From Flaccisagitta enflata (lineage: Eukaryota), in contig OZ231126.1 of the NCBI GenBank assembly GCA_965153355.1, positions 36,580,001 to 36,644,000 on the forward strand: 64,000 bases of DNA. The letters run 5' to 3'. Below, piece by piece: positions 34,513-51,217 of the stretch. The position numbers were made by a program, and so were the translations under genes. The notes under the pieces are model-generated. The model did no database searches and was not told where the DNA came from. It saw only the letters and a program-made list of their open reading frames with translations. Each line of letters begins with the position of its first letter. Positions within the stretch are counted from its first letter, which is position 1.

Positions 34513-34673
34513 AGAAGAAGTATGAAGAGAAATGAAGAGAAAACCTTGAAAATCGCGTTTTGAAATTTTCGCGTTATGGATCTTCCTTCATTCATTCCTT
34601 CATACCCTCTTATAGAGATGCGAGGACGCATCTAAAAAACGGTTTCTTTTTTTTTCTTTTCTCTTTTTTCATT

Positions 34674-34745
<72 letters not shown>

Positions 34746-35749
34746 TTTTTCTTTCTTTCTTTTTTTTTCTTTTCTTTTTCCTTTTTCCTTTTCCTTTCTT
34801 TGTCTCTCTTTTTTTCATCTTCCTTGTTTTCTAAGGGGCAGGCCTGAGCGATTGTATTGGGTATTGGTATTGGGTTTACAATATTAGTAGGTAGCAGAAA
34901 GTCATGACATTGTCATAGGCGATTTGATAACTCAGATATACGGTTTTTCATACCGTAGAATCAATCTGTGAGGTCAAAAATGGCCATTCCTGAGCAGATC
35001 ATGGCCAGCAAGCGGCCCGGAACGCGCATATTGGCCCTGTAACCAGCATTTTTGGCTAATTTTTCTCTGAGCTCATTTTTCTCCGTGGTTTTTTAAGCTA
35101 GAAAACATATCACCCCATCAAATGATTGCAAATTTCATGAATCATGCTGAATCCACTTTTTGACCCACTTTTCGGAGATCTTGGCTCGATTTTTTCACGT
35201 CAAAGTGCCACATGCATCATTTTGCGCCAAATCCCCGTTTTTGAGCGTAGTCATGTGAGTTATCCCTCCATACCCAACGTTCTTTCACACTTTTAAAGAA
35301 GGCTTAAGTGGCTTTGAAGCAGTGGAAGTATCCCACCTTCATAACAACCTAATTATGCAGACAATATTTGACCGGAAATAGCCGGAAACGGCCGGAAACG
35401 GCCGGAAATGGTCGGAAACGGCCAAAAATGCCTGGATACAGCCGGAAATGACTAAGAATCATTGGGAACCGCCTTTAATAGTGGAAAATGAAAATATTTG
35501 AAACTTTTTTTTTCTTTTTTGATTACAAAAACATAAAGCTTCAAGTTATTTGTAAAGTGGCAGTGACGTCACTAACACCGCGGCCATTTTATGTGATATA
35601 TTGGGAGATCAAGTAACAAGGGGTTACAAAATTGTCGCAGACAGAAAGGGAAGACGGGGTGGACATGCGCGCTTTTATAGTTTTCTACAAGATGGACCCT
35701 TGGACTAAAACTGATGGACGGACCCACAGACCTACGGACAGATGGATAA

Positions 35750-36076
35750 TAGGCTGGTTACCTGAAGGGTGAATTTGGCTCAAAATTAAAAATTCCTCCG
35801 CCATCTAACCATACATTCTAAGCGGCATTTGGGCAGTTAATCAGACAAGCAGAGCTCGGTATTCGATCAAGAAACCCGCACGGCAACACAATGGTAAAGT
35901 ATATGAAAGCTATTTTACGCCCATTGTAACTCTATAGTGTTGCCGTGCGGGTTTTCTTTCCAGATACCGATCTCCGCTGGCCTCAATTCCTTTTTAAATA
36001 TGACGTAGAGTGTATGGTTAGTTGGCTGAGGCGTTCTGAAATTTGACCACATTTGACCCTCCAGGTAGCCGCCCTA
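35750..36076. mobile_element. hAT-like palindromic MITE
   Basis: TAGG...CCTA termini; 8-bp TSD ATGGATAA; inverted symmetry over almost the whole length. Confidence 0.85.
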
Positions 36077-37579
36077 ATGGATAACACCTATATATAGTCA
36101 GGAGTAGTTGACTGAAGTTGGCAATCAAGGAAAAATTGATTTACAAATATATCACCAAGTAAATCGATTTGAAATTCATTCTTATTTAGGAGACAAAAAC
36201 AATACATGAACTGCGGAAATGATAACAACAAGGCCCTTGCCCACCCGCCACTAGGGTTGGTATTCCTAGGAGAATTGACAAGATATACGTCTGAACAGCT
36301 ATTGTGATAGGAGAAATTGGTCATTACAGCGATATTTGAAATGGGATTTAAGGATTTGGGATAATCAATACTGTTTTTGGGCAGCAGCCCCGAAGGGTTT
36401 GATGACCTATGCTTTCACACATATGGGGAATTTTCTCCTTCTTCAGCATACCCCCCTCAAATCCCAGCCTAGAGGCCCAAATCCCAGCCTAGAGGCCCAA
36501 ATTCCAGCCAAGAGGCCCAAATTCCAACCTAGAGGCCCAAATTCCAGCCTAGAGGCCCAAATTCCAGCCCCGAGGCCCAAATTCCAGCCTTGAGGCCCAA
36601 ATCCAAGTCTCGAGGCCCAAATCCTAGAGGGAAAATATTGAACTTCCGTTGAAACCAAGTTTTTAGTCGCGTGATCGCGACTCTACAACCCGCTTTGTCC
36701 GTCGGTCCGTTGGTCGGTCCGTCGGTTGGTCCGTCACACTTTACTTTTTTTTATGATTTTATTTCTTTGACCTCACTGCTCTTGCCCAAATGGTCTGGTG
36801 ACCTCAAAAATGGCCCCTGCCCACCCGCACGCGACTTCGGTAGCCGTATATCCGGCCTTGTTTTTTATTAAGGAGCATCTTTTTTCAAGAAGCATCTTTT
36901 TTCAAGAATCATATCAGCTCGAATTCAAGACCTTGCGCTTTAACTCTTTGATTCCACTGGATGTTGATAGCTTGCTTTTTAAGTGCGGTCAAAAAATTTA
37001 TGAGGATCGTTTTACATTCCCACGGGCAATACAACATGAAAATCGCACAGGATTGTTCGGTAACCTGTCATGATATACAACTGACGCTGCTGATGTATTT
37101 TTTAAACTACTCAAGAAAAAAGAATATAACTCAAATATCGGGAGTGGACAATACTTCGGAGGTCCAAAAAATCTCTCTATAAAAGTGAATACCCAGAGAA
37201 TAGAGATAATAGAGATAAATTCAATAGCGAGAGGCAATCAAATGATAACAGTTTATGATCAAGTAGCTATGGTGACATGACCTGCTGGGGGAGGAACCTT
37301 TTTCGCAATCATTGCAATATTCTGTGTGCAGACAAGGTACTTTTTAGCCATGGTTTATCCAGACCCATCACAGCTATCCTTCAATTTTCTTAGCAAATAT
37401 CTAGCATAAGTGGCGCGGGGTTACAATGTCATCGCTAAAATAAAAGGGAAGGAAGAGAAAAACTTGACTTTCCAACTTCTGGACCGACAGAAAAACAAAA
37501 CCTTTAGACATGATCCCGCGAATAGAAATTATCAGTATATGAATCGATAAATACGATGCTGGTTCACTGGTATGGTATG

Positions 37580-37899
37580 CAGGGGTGTATACTATTGAGT
37601 CGCTTTTGATTCCCCCCCCCCCCGCCTTTAATTTTCTTCCCCGCGATGCATCACATTGCGTTTTTATATCTATGATTTTCTTCCCCATTTAGCAATAAAA
37701 CTATGTAGTTAAGGTTTAAATAGTGTTAAATTGTGTTTTACTAATTGAGTTTTATGATTTAGTACTGTCAAACATTATATTTTCCCCAAATTTCCTTTTT
37801 TTCTCTTTTTTCCCCCTTTGATTTCCTTCCCCATCTCCAGTCCCTTTGATCTCCCCCCCCCACCGGGGGGGGGAGAAAACTCAAGAATATACAGGCCTG
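37580..37899 (-). mobile_element. hAT-like MITE, same family as 18413-18699
   Basis: CAGG...CCTG termini; 8-bp TSD ATGGTATG. Confidence 0.88.
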
Positions 37900-39143
37900 A
37901 TGGTATGTTGAGCATCCATCCGTCTTTTCCTGTTAATAGGAGTGACCCCGACGAGCGGACAGACAGGAGCAACTGACCGGCAAAAATCGCTACTGTGCTG
38001 TTTAAGTTTTTTCATGCATTCTATGAAGGATTACTGCTTGTGGGTAGAGATAGTAATTTACCAACTGATTGCAACCGTTCTTTCTCAAGTTTTTTGTGCC
38101 TATGAACCTTTTTTGTCCACTTTCGTTTTTTTCCCGGTCACTTCCGGTCAATTCTCGCGGTTTCCGGTCATTCCAGGTAACTGCTTAGCCGAAAATTTAT
38201 TGCTGCTTTTTGGGATATCTGTCTGAGGCCGTTATTTGCTTAATATAAACAGGGAGAGCTTATCTAACGGCAATATTCTTATCATATACGATGAAAAATG
38301 CCATTTTAATGCTAATTGACGCACAAAATTGAGCCAAGATCTCCGAAAAAGGGGTCAAAATGGGCACAGGTGAATTCAGCATGAAATTTGCAATCATTTG
38401 GTGGTGTGATATGTTTTCTAGCTTAAAAAACCTCGGAGAAAAATGAGCTCGGAGAAAAATTAGCCAAAAATGAGAAAAATGAGTCTTTTCTGCTAAAATT
38501 ATGCAAATTTTGGGGCCCCAAAACTATTATAAATTAGTAGCAAATAGTCATGTTATCTCTTGTTGAAGGCCAATTTTATAAAATACAAACCTAAAAAGCT
38601 TAAACTATCAGATTTTCGCCAACAGAACTGGCAGAAACAGTTTCGAGAAACCCTGAAATACGCGAAATTGCAGATTTTCACCCAAATTATGCTCATTTCA
38701 GGGCCCCTAAACCTACATTATTGGTGATAAGTATTAAGAGTCCACTCCTCTGTAGTGTCTTTCAACCTACAAAAACTATAAAATCAATGGAATATCATAT
38801 TCTTTTAGTGCTTAATCGTAGATACTCATAGATACACGCAAAGCGGTAAATACGCTCATTTGGGGCCCAATATGCTCGTTCAGGGCCACTTGCTGGCCAT
38901 GATCCCGCCAGAATTTGCTATTTTTGACCTCAGAATCGGATTCTACGGGTCGAAAACCCTTACATAAATTTCCTCAAATCCACTGAGATAATTTTTTCGA
39001 TTTCAGCAGCTTTTTTGCTACCTACTATTACAATATCCTTGTGTATTGGGTTTTCCCAATACATGTAGTTTATTTTGTTGTTTTTCCAATACAATACAAT
39101 ACTATATAATATTACAAAAAGCTGATCTGAGGAAAGTGAAATA

Positions 39144-40400
<1,257 letters not shown>

Positions 40401-42651
40401 GAGAGAAAGACTGAAGGAGATGAAGAGGAAGAGGAAAAGCTTTCCTAGGTCTGAGGGAGAACAAAAGAAGTGGAGAAGGTGAGAGATAAAAGGAGAAGAG
40501 GAGGATTTGCTGAGAGTAAAAGTGGGTCAGGGATTAAAAGAGGAAGAGGAAGAAGAACTTATGACAGATTAAGTGGGTTGGAAATATAGACAAAGAAGAA
40601 GAAGAAGAAGAATAAGAATCTATGAAAGAAACAATCAGTGGTCAGAAGCTGGAAGGAAGAAGAGGAGGAAGAGGAAGAAAATAAAGAATCTATAGGAGAG
40701 AGAGAGAGAAAGAGACAAGGAAAGATAATAAAAAACAGAAAATAAAAAAAAGAGAATAAGATCTAGACAAAAAAAAAGTAGCAAATAGATAAGTGTAAAA
40801 AAAAGAAAAAAAGGAAAAAAGAATAACAAAAAATAAAATAAAAATTTTATCAAAATGAAAAAAATTATGAAAATTTTCAGTTCTTCCTATATAACAAAAT
40901 ATTTATATGATGATTGAAATATTTATCTTTTTTTCAAATTATTAGTATATCATCTAACTATAATTAGTTTGATATGTATTACTACTTATTATTAAAACTA
41001 TATAAAGTCATATATATATTGTATTGTATTGTATGCTATGATAATGTATTGTATACAATTTTAATGAATATTGTATTGTATTGGTATTGTATTGTATTGT
41101 CCCAATACTTGAAAGTATTGTATTGGTATTGTATAGTTGACAAAAATGCTATATAGCTCAGGCCTGCTAAGGGGTCGCGACTGTAACGCGGCGCCCTTCC
41201 TTACCACGGGGCCTAAGGGTTTATGCCTTATAAGCTTAATGGGTGATCCGGCTCAGGGTGTTGCCAATGATGATATTTTGGCAAAACAAATATCATGTCA
41301 TATCCTTGCTTAACACTACATATGATAGGTGGAGCAACATCCCTCACTATACCCAAACTAAAATAACTGGAAGAGGGCCGTGTGAGCCCTCACTGACTAG
41401 TTACTACGCGCATCACCCCTAGTTTTCCATGAAACTTAATTTGAATAACATTCCCTCTCACTCTAACCCAAAAGAAAACGCTTTACCAAAGTAGTTAAGG
41501 GCTAATGTTTGCTACCTTTGTTACCAAAATTCAACAAATCACCCGAGGGTTACATTGTTAAGAAACCATACCCTTAGAGGATAGAATCGAGGTCAAGCTT
41601 ACTGCGACCGCCGGACATTCCAATCCAAGGTACTGAGTGTACAGGAACAGGAAATTTAGGTTTCATTTTACTTTTTGCTTGTAAGATGGATTTATAATCA
41701 AATAATATTATTAAGATTTCAAGTAAGTATTTTTGATATAATCTATAAAGAGTTTTACAAATGTTTTTAATCCCAGAATACTGGCTATTGTTGCATGACG
41801 ATCAGGAATAAAAATCAAATATATGAATTCCTTAGAAAAATGGTGAACAAAATTTCAAAACGCTGTTAGTTGAAATTATATCATGGCTTCAAAAAAGAAA
41901 ATTATGCATTTTTAAGAACATGGCCCTTTTCTTGGATGTTTTTTAAAAAAGACCATGTGTTTGGAAATGCAAATTTGTTTATTTCTATACAATGATATAA
42001 TTTCACCTAACAGGGGTCAGATGACTAAGTTTAATTTTCTATAGGAAATCTTCTTTTTTCCACTTTTTTTCAATACATTATGTACCTCAAATCTGTATGT
42101 CAGATATTATCTATGCAAAAACTTATTGTTCAACATTAAAAAATATGTTTTCAATTAAAAAAAAAATAAAAATTCGATAATATAAAAGATATCTAAAAAA
42201 TTGTATTGACGCATGAAATTTCTTCTTCCCGTACACTGCGTCAGAATTGAAAAGACATGGAAAAGACTTTTGAGAGGACGTTGTAACGGCTCCGATATCA
42301 ATGCGGATGACGAGGACCTGAATGCTTATACCGAGTGACAGTTATTTTTTCAAGACTATTCTTGATGTTTTGGAAGTTGAAAGCTGCGGAGCACACACAA
42401 AGGCACAGACACTAGGCTTTTTTTGAAAGGTATAATTAGGTCAAAATTTGATATTTTTCATACCATTAATAACACACATTACGTGGCATTTAAAAAGGAT
42501 ATCAGACAAGCAGAGGTCGGTATTTGATTGGAAGAGCAACACAACAACACAACGGTGAAGTATATGCAAACATTTTTTAGTCCATTGAAGCCTATTAGTG
42601 GGCCTTGGGTAACCGCTCTAACACACACACACACACCGACACACTCACACA

Positions 42652-42733
<82 letters not shown>

Positions 42734-43305
42734 CTCTTCTGTTTCCCCAACGGACTTGCCCTCTCTCATTGGTCAATTCGCGGATCACCTCAAGATGGAA
42801 CGACTACATATACTATTCTGTTTCTCAAACGAGCTCCACTTCTCTCATTGGTCAATCTCCTGATCGCCTCAAGATGGTACGAGTGATCCGAGCCGGGGTC
42901 AGAACGAGGTTTCAAAATCAGCTGGTTCAGATCGCGTCCTGAACGAAGTTTTACTGTCGGCTCGGTTCGCCGGGCCTCTTGCATGTCTTTTCATTCATTG
43001 CCTGAAATCAATCATAGGCTTGAGACCTACTGACGTTGACAATCAATTACTTGCCTCTCCTACTGCTCATGCTTCACGCTTTGTGCACTTAACTCCCAAG
43101 GTAAAGCATCTTAACTTTAAATGAAAGAAACAAAAACTAAGAACAAGATATGATTTTGATACTTAAAAATTAAAAACACCGCATTTTTCATCACTCGCAT
43201 TATATTTTTCGTAAAAGGAGAAAAAAAAAGCATGAACGCTTATCAATTTCTTTTGCTCCTTTAGCCTAACTCGAGATCTGAACAAAAGAAACGCCTACCT
43301 CCAAT

Positions 43306-44944
43306 ATGGATGTCGAATATAATCATCAACCATCATGTTTCGACGACGTCAACACTCTAGAAGGATCACCCGTTCCCGCCGACTTTTACTCGCTCGACGC
43401 CAAGTACGCTTATCGAAAGAAACGTCCGCTTCCACTTGGTCAACACGAATTCTGGGAACCCGCAGAAGGATGGGGAGATATCGTCAACAATAATACCAAC
43501 AGCGTCAACAAGAACAACAACCATTACGCTAAAAATTATAACAGCAACGCCAAAATCATCGAATTTTATAGACAACCCGATTTCGATCCTGACGAAGACC
43601 GTCGACCGCGCTTCAATCAACAAGGTCTGTCAGAAGTCGTAGCAGAATGCGGAAAGCCCTATTGTCTCATGGGATGCGTCTGCCACAGCGTCCACGGATT
43701 GAAGACCAAGAGAAAAATTTCGAAGGCCGCGTCCAACGCGGATACTGCTTCAATCACCTCAGACGACAGTCGGCCCGGCATGGCTTCGATCGTCGGCAAC
43801 AGAGCGACCAAAAAGACGTGGGATGATTATTGGGAAAGTGACGAGGAAGAGGATGGCAGGAAGAAGGGAAAAAGAGGGAGGAAGAAAAAGAGGAGCAACG
43901 GCGAAACAGAGAAAGGGAACGAGAAAAGAAGTTCTGGCGACGGGAAACGAAAATTGAATGAAGAATCGGAAGCACCCAATGCTCATGTAGGATCATCTCC
44001 TGTGTTATCGCAGCATTGTGTCACCGCAAATAAAAAAACGAAGAAGCTCAAACGGAAAAGAAGCAAAAGTCGGTCAAAGGAGGCAAAAGCTTGTGAAAGT
44101 ATCACATCAATTTCTGACGATTGCGTTTCAGTTTCCTCTAACGAGGAACGAGAGCAGAAGCAGCCGAGATTAAGTCTTGAGACGCCTGTCAATGACAATC
44201 AAGAAAATCTTATTTGCATAGACGACGATGTCAGTGATGCCACGATGGTTTACGCTGAAGACGAAAGCGTATCATCGGTGTCCTCTGAAATTGTAAAACC
44301 GACCGCTCACTTAGCTCTTCCTTCACACAAATTCGTGGATGCACAGTCCGAAATTTCAGCTCCTCTTAATGTCAATGCTCTGCCATCATCCTCTGAAACC
44401 ATTCTAACAGAAACGCCGTCGAACCAAATTCAAATTGTTTCGGTCCAAAGTCTTTCGCGGGCATCCAGCGTCTCGACCGCGGCAACAACCCCTGTTTCTT
44501 TGCAACCAACCACACCTCGACCCTCAACATTTCCGCCTTCATTTCCTGCCTCTTCTTTGGAGTGCCTCGTCAGAACCGCACCCTCGTCAGTTGCCTCAAC
44601 CACAGTTGCCTTACTTCCTGATTCTTGCTCAACGTCAGAAAATGAAATCGGGAATTCATTCCGGGTTGCAATGGATAACGACGACAGTCTGTCGCAGTCT
44701 GGGGCATGTGGAACAGCTCCGTTTAGCGAAGAAGATTCAGTGGGTATTTTAGATGACAAAGAGGATGACGATGACGACATAGTGATAACGTTTGAAAAAC
44801 CCGGCTCAAGTTCGCGAAATGCTTCAACGAGGAGAAAGAGTTCCAAAGATGCTGCGGATGAAGAGTCACCAATCATCGTGGATGGATGGATGCTTCTTCC
44901 GGCTAAAAAGCCTCTTGATTCAACATCAAATGAAGATTACGCAG
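43306..44944 (+). CDS. Large exon of a nuclear-type protein with an MGA-like Cys motif (MGA conserved domain / DUF4801-like); 5' end uncertain
   Basis: 557-codon ORF; CGKPYCLMGCVCHSV resembles the CxxxxCxLGCxCxS motif of MGA-type proteins; basic NLS-like clusters; GCAG|gtagta donor. Confidence 0.65.
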
Positions 44945-45034
44945 GTAGTATCATCGGTTGCGTTGTTGTAGGGAACTAGAGCGAGGAATTGATTCCAACA
45001 GCCAAAAATTCAAAATCTATTGCTCCATTGACAG

Positions 45035-45763
45035 GTGACGAGAGTGCGCCCAGAGAGCAAATTCCAACTCAAGGCTCGAGTGAAATGAAGAGCAAGATCA
45101 AGGTGTTGAAGAATCGACCCGGAAAAAAGAGATCCTTTGAAAACGTCCGAACAGCGACGACGTCCCATCACCCTCCCACTTATCAGAAGATTTTGGCCAA
45201 GGAAGAGGCCGATGACATCATCTGTCTTGGAGTTGTGGCCTCTACAACCGCGAAAAATCCATCAGTCACAACAAAAACGAATGAAACAGTTTGCTTTCCG
45301 CCGCCTTCATCGATGCAACAAGAAGAACATCGACTACAGCATTTTCAACATAATCAACAACCACAACAACAAAAATTCAGACCTATTCAGTCAGATAATC
45401 TTCATTTACTCGCGCAATCTCAAGTCAAATTCAAAAGTATGACGGCGCTGCAACGACCAGAAGTAAGCTCATTTGAGTTACAATCTTCTTCGCATTCTGT
45501 AGCACCCTTGCAACATCATTTCGTTGGAGATATGCAGCAACTTCGACAACAGTCTCGAGTCCTGCCTTCATTAGCGTCCAAGTCTACGCCCAATCTATCA
45601 AGCGCGCGACATTCTGCAGGCACGCCACGGCCATCATCTATGCCGCCAAGAGAATTATCAAATCCGCCGCAACCGTTGCTGCAGCAACAACCCGTTTACA
45701 ATGTGAATTTCGACGGTACATCTGGGAAAAATGTGGTGTTGGTCATCCAACAAGCCAAAGATG
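45035..45763 (+). CDS. Next exon of the MGA-motif gene (Q/S/P-rich); possible short terminal exon at 46222-46256
   Basis: A 90-bp GT-AG intron at 44945-45034 removes the TAG and keeps frame; phase-1 donor at 45763 fits ttcaag|GC CTA...TAA. Confidence 0.6.
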
Positions 45764-46019
45764 GTTTATCCATAAATCTATGATTTTCTTCTTCATTTTT
45801 AGTTGCGGACACGCCACTCTATAAGAGGCTTTGTTCGTAATGATCGAGTCGAAAAGTGGGAAAACGCGCATTTCCGCCCCTGCCCACCCATCCGCAACTG
45901 GTGGCCGTGTATCCGGCCTTGTTCTTTCATTTCTTCCCGTGTAACTATCTGGTTGTGAGCCCCTCTGTCTGCTTTTCTGTCTGTCTGTCGCGCGCGCGTG
46001 CGTGTGCGCGTGCGTGTGT

Positions 46020-46120
<101 letters not shown>

Positions 46121-48932
46121 CTTTTCCTTGATGATTGATTTTCCTTTTTACCTTCCCGCCCCGCCGCCGGATTGATGATCTAATTGATAAACCTTCATCA
46201 ATGTCCGTTTGCCTTTTCAAGGCCTACGTAGTCCAATTTATCTTGTTTCATCTTAATCCATAGACTTTTGATGCCTTCCATTGACTAGTCTGCTCCTATT
46301 GAACTTTCATTTTTCTTTTTATTTTTGAATTGGTTGTGTTGGTTTTTCAACCGTTCAGTTTTGTTTGGGTTGCGTTCAAATTGTGAAGTCACTGAAATGA
46401 ATCATTTGTTTGTTGTAGATTGTATTTCATTGGATTCGAATCCAACTCGGAATAGGCTGATCTAATCAAGCGTTGATGGTTTTGCTCTCAAAAATAATGA
46501 AAATGAGTAGCTGAAATTTTTTGTGTAACTACATTGCGGTGCAAAAAAGATTTTTTGTCATGATTTTTAAAAACAAAATCTATTGATTAGGTTGAATTAA
46601 TTTAAAGATGAAGCTTTTGCCCTTAAGCAACTTAGTATTAAGCAACTAAGTATCTATTTTATACACCCTAGAAAATATGTTATTCATACACTAGACATTA
46701 TTTTCTAAGAAAATAATAAAAGGCAAAAGACTGACTTCGGTTTTTTCCCTAGAAATAAAATGAGATATATTTCTACTGAACATTTATTATGTATCGCACT
46801 GTATGATCTTTGAACGAATGTTCTTAAGCTATTCGAGATTCTTAATGTAAATCACTATAAAAATTTATTATGATTTCCTTCGCTAAATGCCCTTCTATTT
46901 CCACCTTCAACTTTACATTCAGCCATTGAATGTTTCTGTCATCACGCTGAGATATCAAATATTTTGTTATGAGAATAAACAGAAACATTTTTTGATTTCT
47001 ACGGATGCTATCGATATTTATTTTCTCTGAAAACTATTAGTCCTTGACCCTCTTTCTAAATCCTCTCTACGGTTTTTTAAGACACAGTGTAAAATACAAT
47101 TTTGACAACTGCGGAACTTTATATCTTTGCGTTTAATCTTTTATCGCTACTCTTCTGTAGATTAACAGCATGGCATTAAGAGAACAGCCTCCTTTCGACA
47201 GCTTTCTTAGAAACATACAATACCCATAAATTTAGGAGTCTTAAACGGTCAATTACGGTTATATACTTAAACGTAAAGGCCGCTACAATACATTTCGGCT
47301 AACGCCTGTTTGGGAACTTATAGCGCAATTTTTAGATGCGTCCAATGCGTCCATGCATCTGTGCAGGTGGAATGAATGAATGACTAGTGTTATTTCTTTA
47401 GTCTGGGCATGGAATTATGCATTTTTAGTCGCTGGCAAAACGCTTCTATAAGAGGTCTTGGTCCCTTGGTAGGTAGGTAGGTAACGCGAAATTTTGATTA
47501 ACGCAAATTCGACTTAAAAAGTGATTTCTGAAATCAACTGTCCTTGCCCAGCCGCATTGCAGCCACCGCCCTGCCCTATGCAGCCCCTGCCCACCGACCA
47601 GCGACTATTTATTGGCCGCGTGTCTGGCATAAGGGTGAATTTCCAAATTATCATCTGTCCTTCCGTATGTCCTCCCAATAATGCACGTTTCAAATTTCAA
47701 GGTTCTGGCTCAAATACTCTAGAAGTTATGAGTATTTGTTTGAACCACATCAAACTGAAAAAATTCCAGGAGAATCTTAAACTTTCTTTGAAAATATGGC
47801 TGACAGTGAATTTCAACAGAGTTTTTTGAAAAAAAAGTTAAGTTACAGGATTTTGGATTTAGGGGAATCAAACGATTTCCTATTGATTGCACTCTACTTT
47901 CAAAAACGATTTTTCAAAGAAATATTTTGTGATTTTTTTCAAAGTCCCAGACGCGCAACACAAAAATTTTTTCAGTTTTTTGAAAAAAAATGAAAATACA
48001 AGATTTTGGATCTAGGCGAATCAAAAAATTTCCTATTGATTGCACCCTATTTTCAAAAACCATTTTTCAAAAAAATATTTTGTGATTTTTTTCAAAGTCC
48101 CCGACGCGCGACACAAAAATTTTTTCAGTTTTTTGAAAAAAAAATGAAAATATAAGATTTTAGATCTAGGCGAATCAAACAATTTCCTATCGATTGCACC
48201 CCGCTTTTTTTTTCACAAAAAATCCTGATAGAGGATTTTTTTGGGGGCCCTTAGGGGCCCCTAAAACGTTCAATATTTTGGTTAATACATCGAGAACTGA
48301 GTAAACCTGATTGTTATCCTAGGCATTTTTGTACTACTATGGGCATCAAAACAACAGATTTTGGCCTGCAGAAACAACCGTCTACATCCTTAACCATGAA
48401 TTCTTATACAAAAAAAAATTTCAAGGCTTCTTTGGCCGTTTCAGTGAAAAAAAACTAAATGTTTATAAACCTATGCTGGAAAAGGCAACAAATTTTAATG
48501 CAAAAGATCTCACACCAGGAATTTTCACAACCTATTCCCCTTACATATTCGAAATTTGACCTCAATTTTTTGGTTAAACCTGCTCATTTATTAAAATAGT
48601 ACATGCAAAAATTTTTGTGACCTTTTGTTATTAAGAATTTTTGCGTAATAAAAAAAAACAATAAGGGAGTCATGGGACAAATAAAATCAGAAATTTTGGA
48701 TACGTCAACTTCAAAATTGCAAAAACCGATCTTTCCGTTGGAGTAACATCATGAGATTTGAACTGTAGTTAGAATACACACAACAGAGTATTAGAGGAGG
48801 GATCAAAGCAAATTAGCTGACCCGACCTTAACAAAAATGTAATACAAAGTTTTTTGGTGGTTCCATGTTCCTCAAGGGTTACTTTATCAAGTAAAAAAAG
48901 TTGACCAACATATCGGCAAGACAATTTTTTTT

Positions 48933-49762
48933 ATCGAGGAAAAAAGTTGAAGTCAGTCTTCGACTTTTTGACATATTCCAGAGAGTTTTAATTTTCTTGT
49001 GTGAAAGTTGAGTATCTCATCCAGGCAAATGAGCCTTCCAATGAAATTAATAGGGTAAGTAAATTTGATAATTCTCTTTCATTTGGCGCCAAGTAGAACT
49101 CTCTATAACAAATATTTTTCGCATTATTATTTCTTAAACATTTATTTTTGAAAAATTCAAATTGATTTTTTCCTTGATTTTTTATGATTTTATGTAGATC
49201 AATAATTAAGTGTATCTATGTTTGTTTGAGCATGCAAATATAAGAAGATTTTTTTTGAGCATAGCTGCTCATCTGTCAGGGTGTTTTTTAGTATTCTAGC
49301 TCATTTAGCTCATTTATCTCAGTTTTTTTTTTATTTTTAATGGGATAGATAGATAAATGTTTTGATGCATGTTTGAGCATGCAAATACAAGAAAACATAT
49401 TCATGAGCATGGCTGCTCATCCATGTGAATGTTTTTGAGTAATCTAGCTCATTTAGCTCATTTGGCTCAGTTTTTTTCTGATTTCAAATGGAATAAATGA
49501 ATAGATATTTGAACATGTGTTTGAGCGTGCAAATAAAAAAAAACATGTCAGTGAGCATGACGGGTTTTTTGAATAAATGATTTTAAGTATTCTAGCTTAT
49601 CTAGCTTATTTTGCTCAGTTCTATATTTCTCCAATTTTCAGTGCAATCAATTTATACAATAACTTTTGATTTGATATAACAAATAAAAAAAAGACTGAAG
49701 ACAAACGTTTGGTGAAAAGTGACCAACTTTTTTCCTCACGGCAACAGCCGCCATTACTGGTA
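48933..49762 (+). mobile_element. Long HINE-like element; inverted relative at 51277-51968
   Basis: GGAAAAAAGTTGAAG..CTTCGACTTTTT 5' hairpin; ACTTTTTTCC plus GGC..GCC stem-loop at the 3' end. Confidence 0.65.
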
Positions 49763-49975
49763 GAATTCCCGAATTTTTATGATACCCTGTGATTGATAGA
49801 AAGTTTTTGAGCTAGATTAGTTTAAAAAGACCTTAAAAACCTTATTACATAACAAACCACGCAAAAAACAAAGAAACAGGTCAACCAATCAATCAGTCAA
49901 TCAACAAACCTACTAACCACCTATTCCCATGGTTTATAAATCAGATATAAGGGAATCTTAATTTTTTCTCTAACC

Positions 49976-50083
<108 letters not shown>

Positions 50084-50300
50084 ACCCGATCATAATTTGG
50101 TCAATGCCGCATTCAGTCTGATCTCATATTTCATGAAAAATCTTTGGTTTCAAGTGTGACTCTTCCAACTATACGTAATCACTCAGAGTCAACCAGTGCT
50201 TTCTGTATCTTTGTCTGTCTTTTCATCAACTCGTCTGTCTGTTTGTCATAGTGTCCTTTGTTACCTATCTGTTAGTCATGTCTGTTAGTCATGTCTGTTA

Positions 50301-50383
<83 letters not shown>

Positions 50384-50519
50384 CTCCCTCTCTCTCCCCC
50401 TATTACCCACTTCCCATTTCCCACTTTACCCCTTTCTAAATCTACTGGCTTAAAATCGTAATTCCGAAAATAATTTTTTTGTCAATTCATTTCCCGATTA
50501 CTCTTCATAACAATAAACC

Positions 50520-50801
50520 ATGTTTGGAAAAAGCTCGGTTGGCAGTCAATTGCCAATACAGAATAATCAATACTATGTCACGGTAAAACTCCTAAAGAAA
50601 TTAATTAATGGAGATACAGTGAAATTAGATCATCTTGTATGTTCTACGGGAAAAATTCTAAAACTTGCTGGAAAAGATGAAAAAGATGTATGCAAATTGT
50701 ATCTTGGATCAACAAACCATCATCCCACAAATTCAACCTTTGTACGTTACTTTCGCCTTGATGGAAAACCAGAAGAAATGCGACTTGACAAACTTTTGCA
50801 G
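50520..50801 (+). CDS. Putative exon 1 of the Academ transposase gene
   Basis: ATG in AAACCATG context; 94 open codons; CAG|gtatct donor, phase 0. Confidence 0.6.
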
Positions 50802-51071
50802 GTATCTTTTTTTCAAAAAATTGAGCCATGCTCAATAACCATATTAATCTATTGAGTAGGGACTCTATTTTCAAACAAGGCCGGAAACACGGCTACTGAA
50901 GTTGCGTGCAGGTGGACAGGGGCCATATTTGAGGTCACTAGACCATTTGGGCAGGAGCAGTAGGGTCAAAAAATGAAATAAAAAAAAGTAAAACGTGACC
51001 AACCTACTAACCGACTGATGGACAAAGCGGGTTGTAGAGTCGTGACTAAAAAATGTTATTCAACTTATCAG

Positions 51072-51217
51072 GATGGTTACGCAAAACCTGACATGGGCCA
51101 TGGTGACTCTATCTGCTATCACAGTGATGTTGTGCCATTTCTTAGTGGAACCTCATATTACCTTTCTGCTGTTGCTACTGATTGGCCAAAGAACAACAAA
51201 AGAACATATACAGAGAG
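51072..51217 (+). CDS. Putative exon 2 of the Academ transposase gene
   Basis: tatcag acceptor; DGYAKPDMG...RTYTE; AG|gtacag phase 2 fits ctgcag|T at 52019. Confidence 0.6.

Larger units (their letters stand above)
34885..39027. mobile_element. Long-TIR element with 9-bp TSD (MULE-like; third level of nest)
   Basis: TAGTAGGTAGCA / TGCTACCTACTA; TSD TTACAATAT; degenerate inverted similarity extends several hundred bp. Confidence 0.8.

Noticed and set aside
44977-44979. In-frame TAG between two long ORFs suggesting read-through or a pseudogene
   Set aside because: It falls inside a 90-bp GT-AG intron (44945-45034) that preserves the frame.
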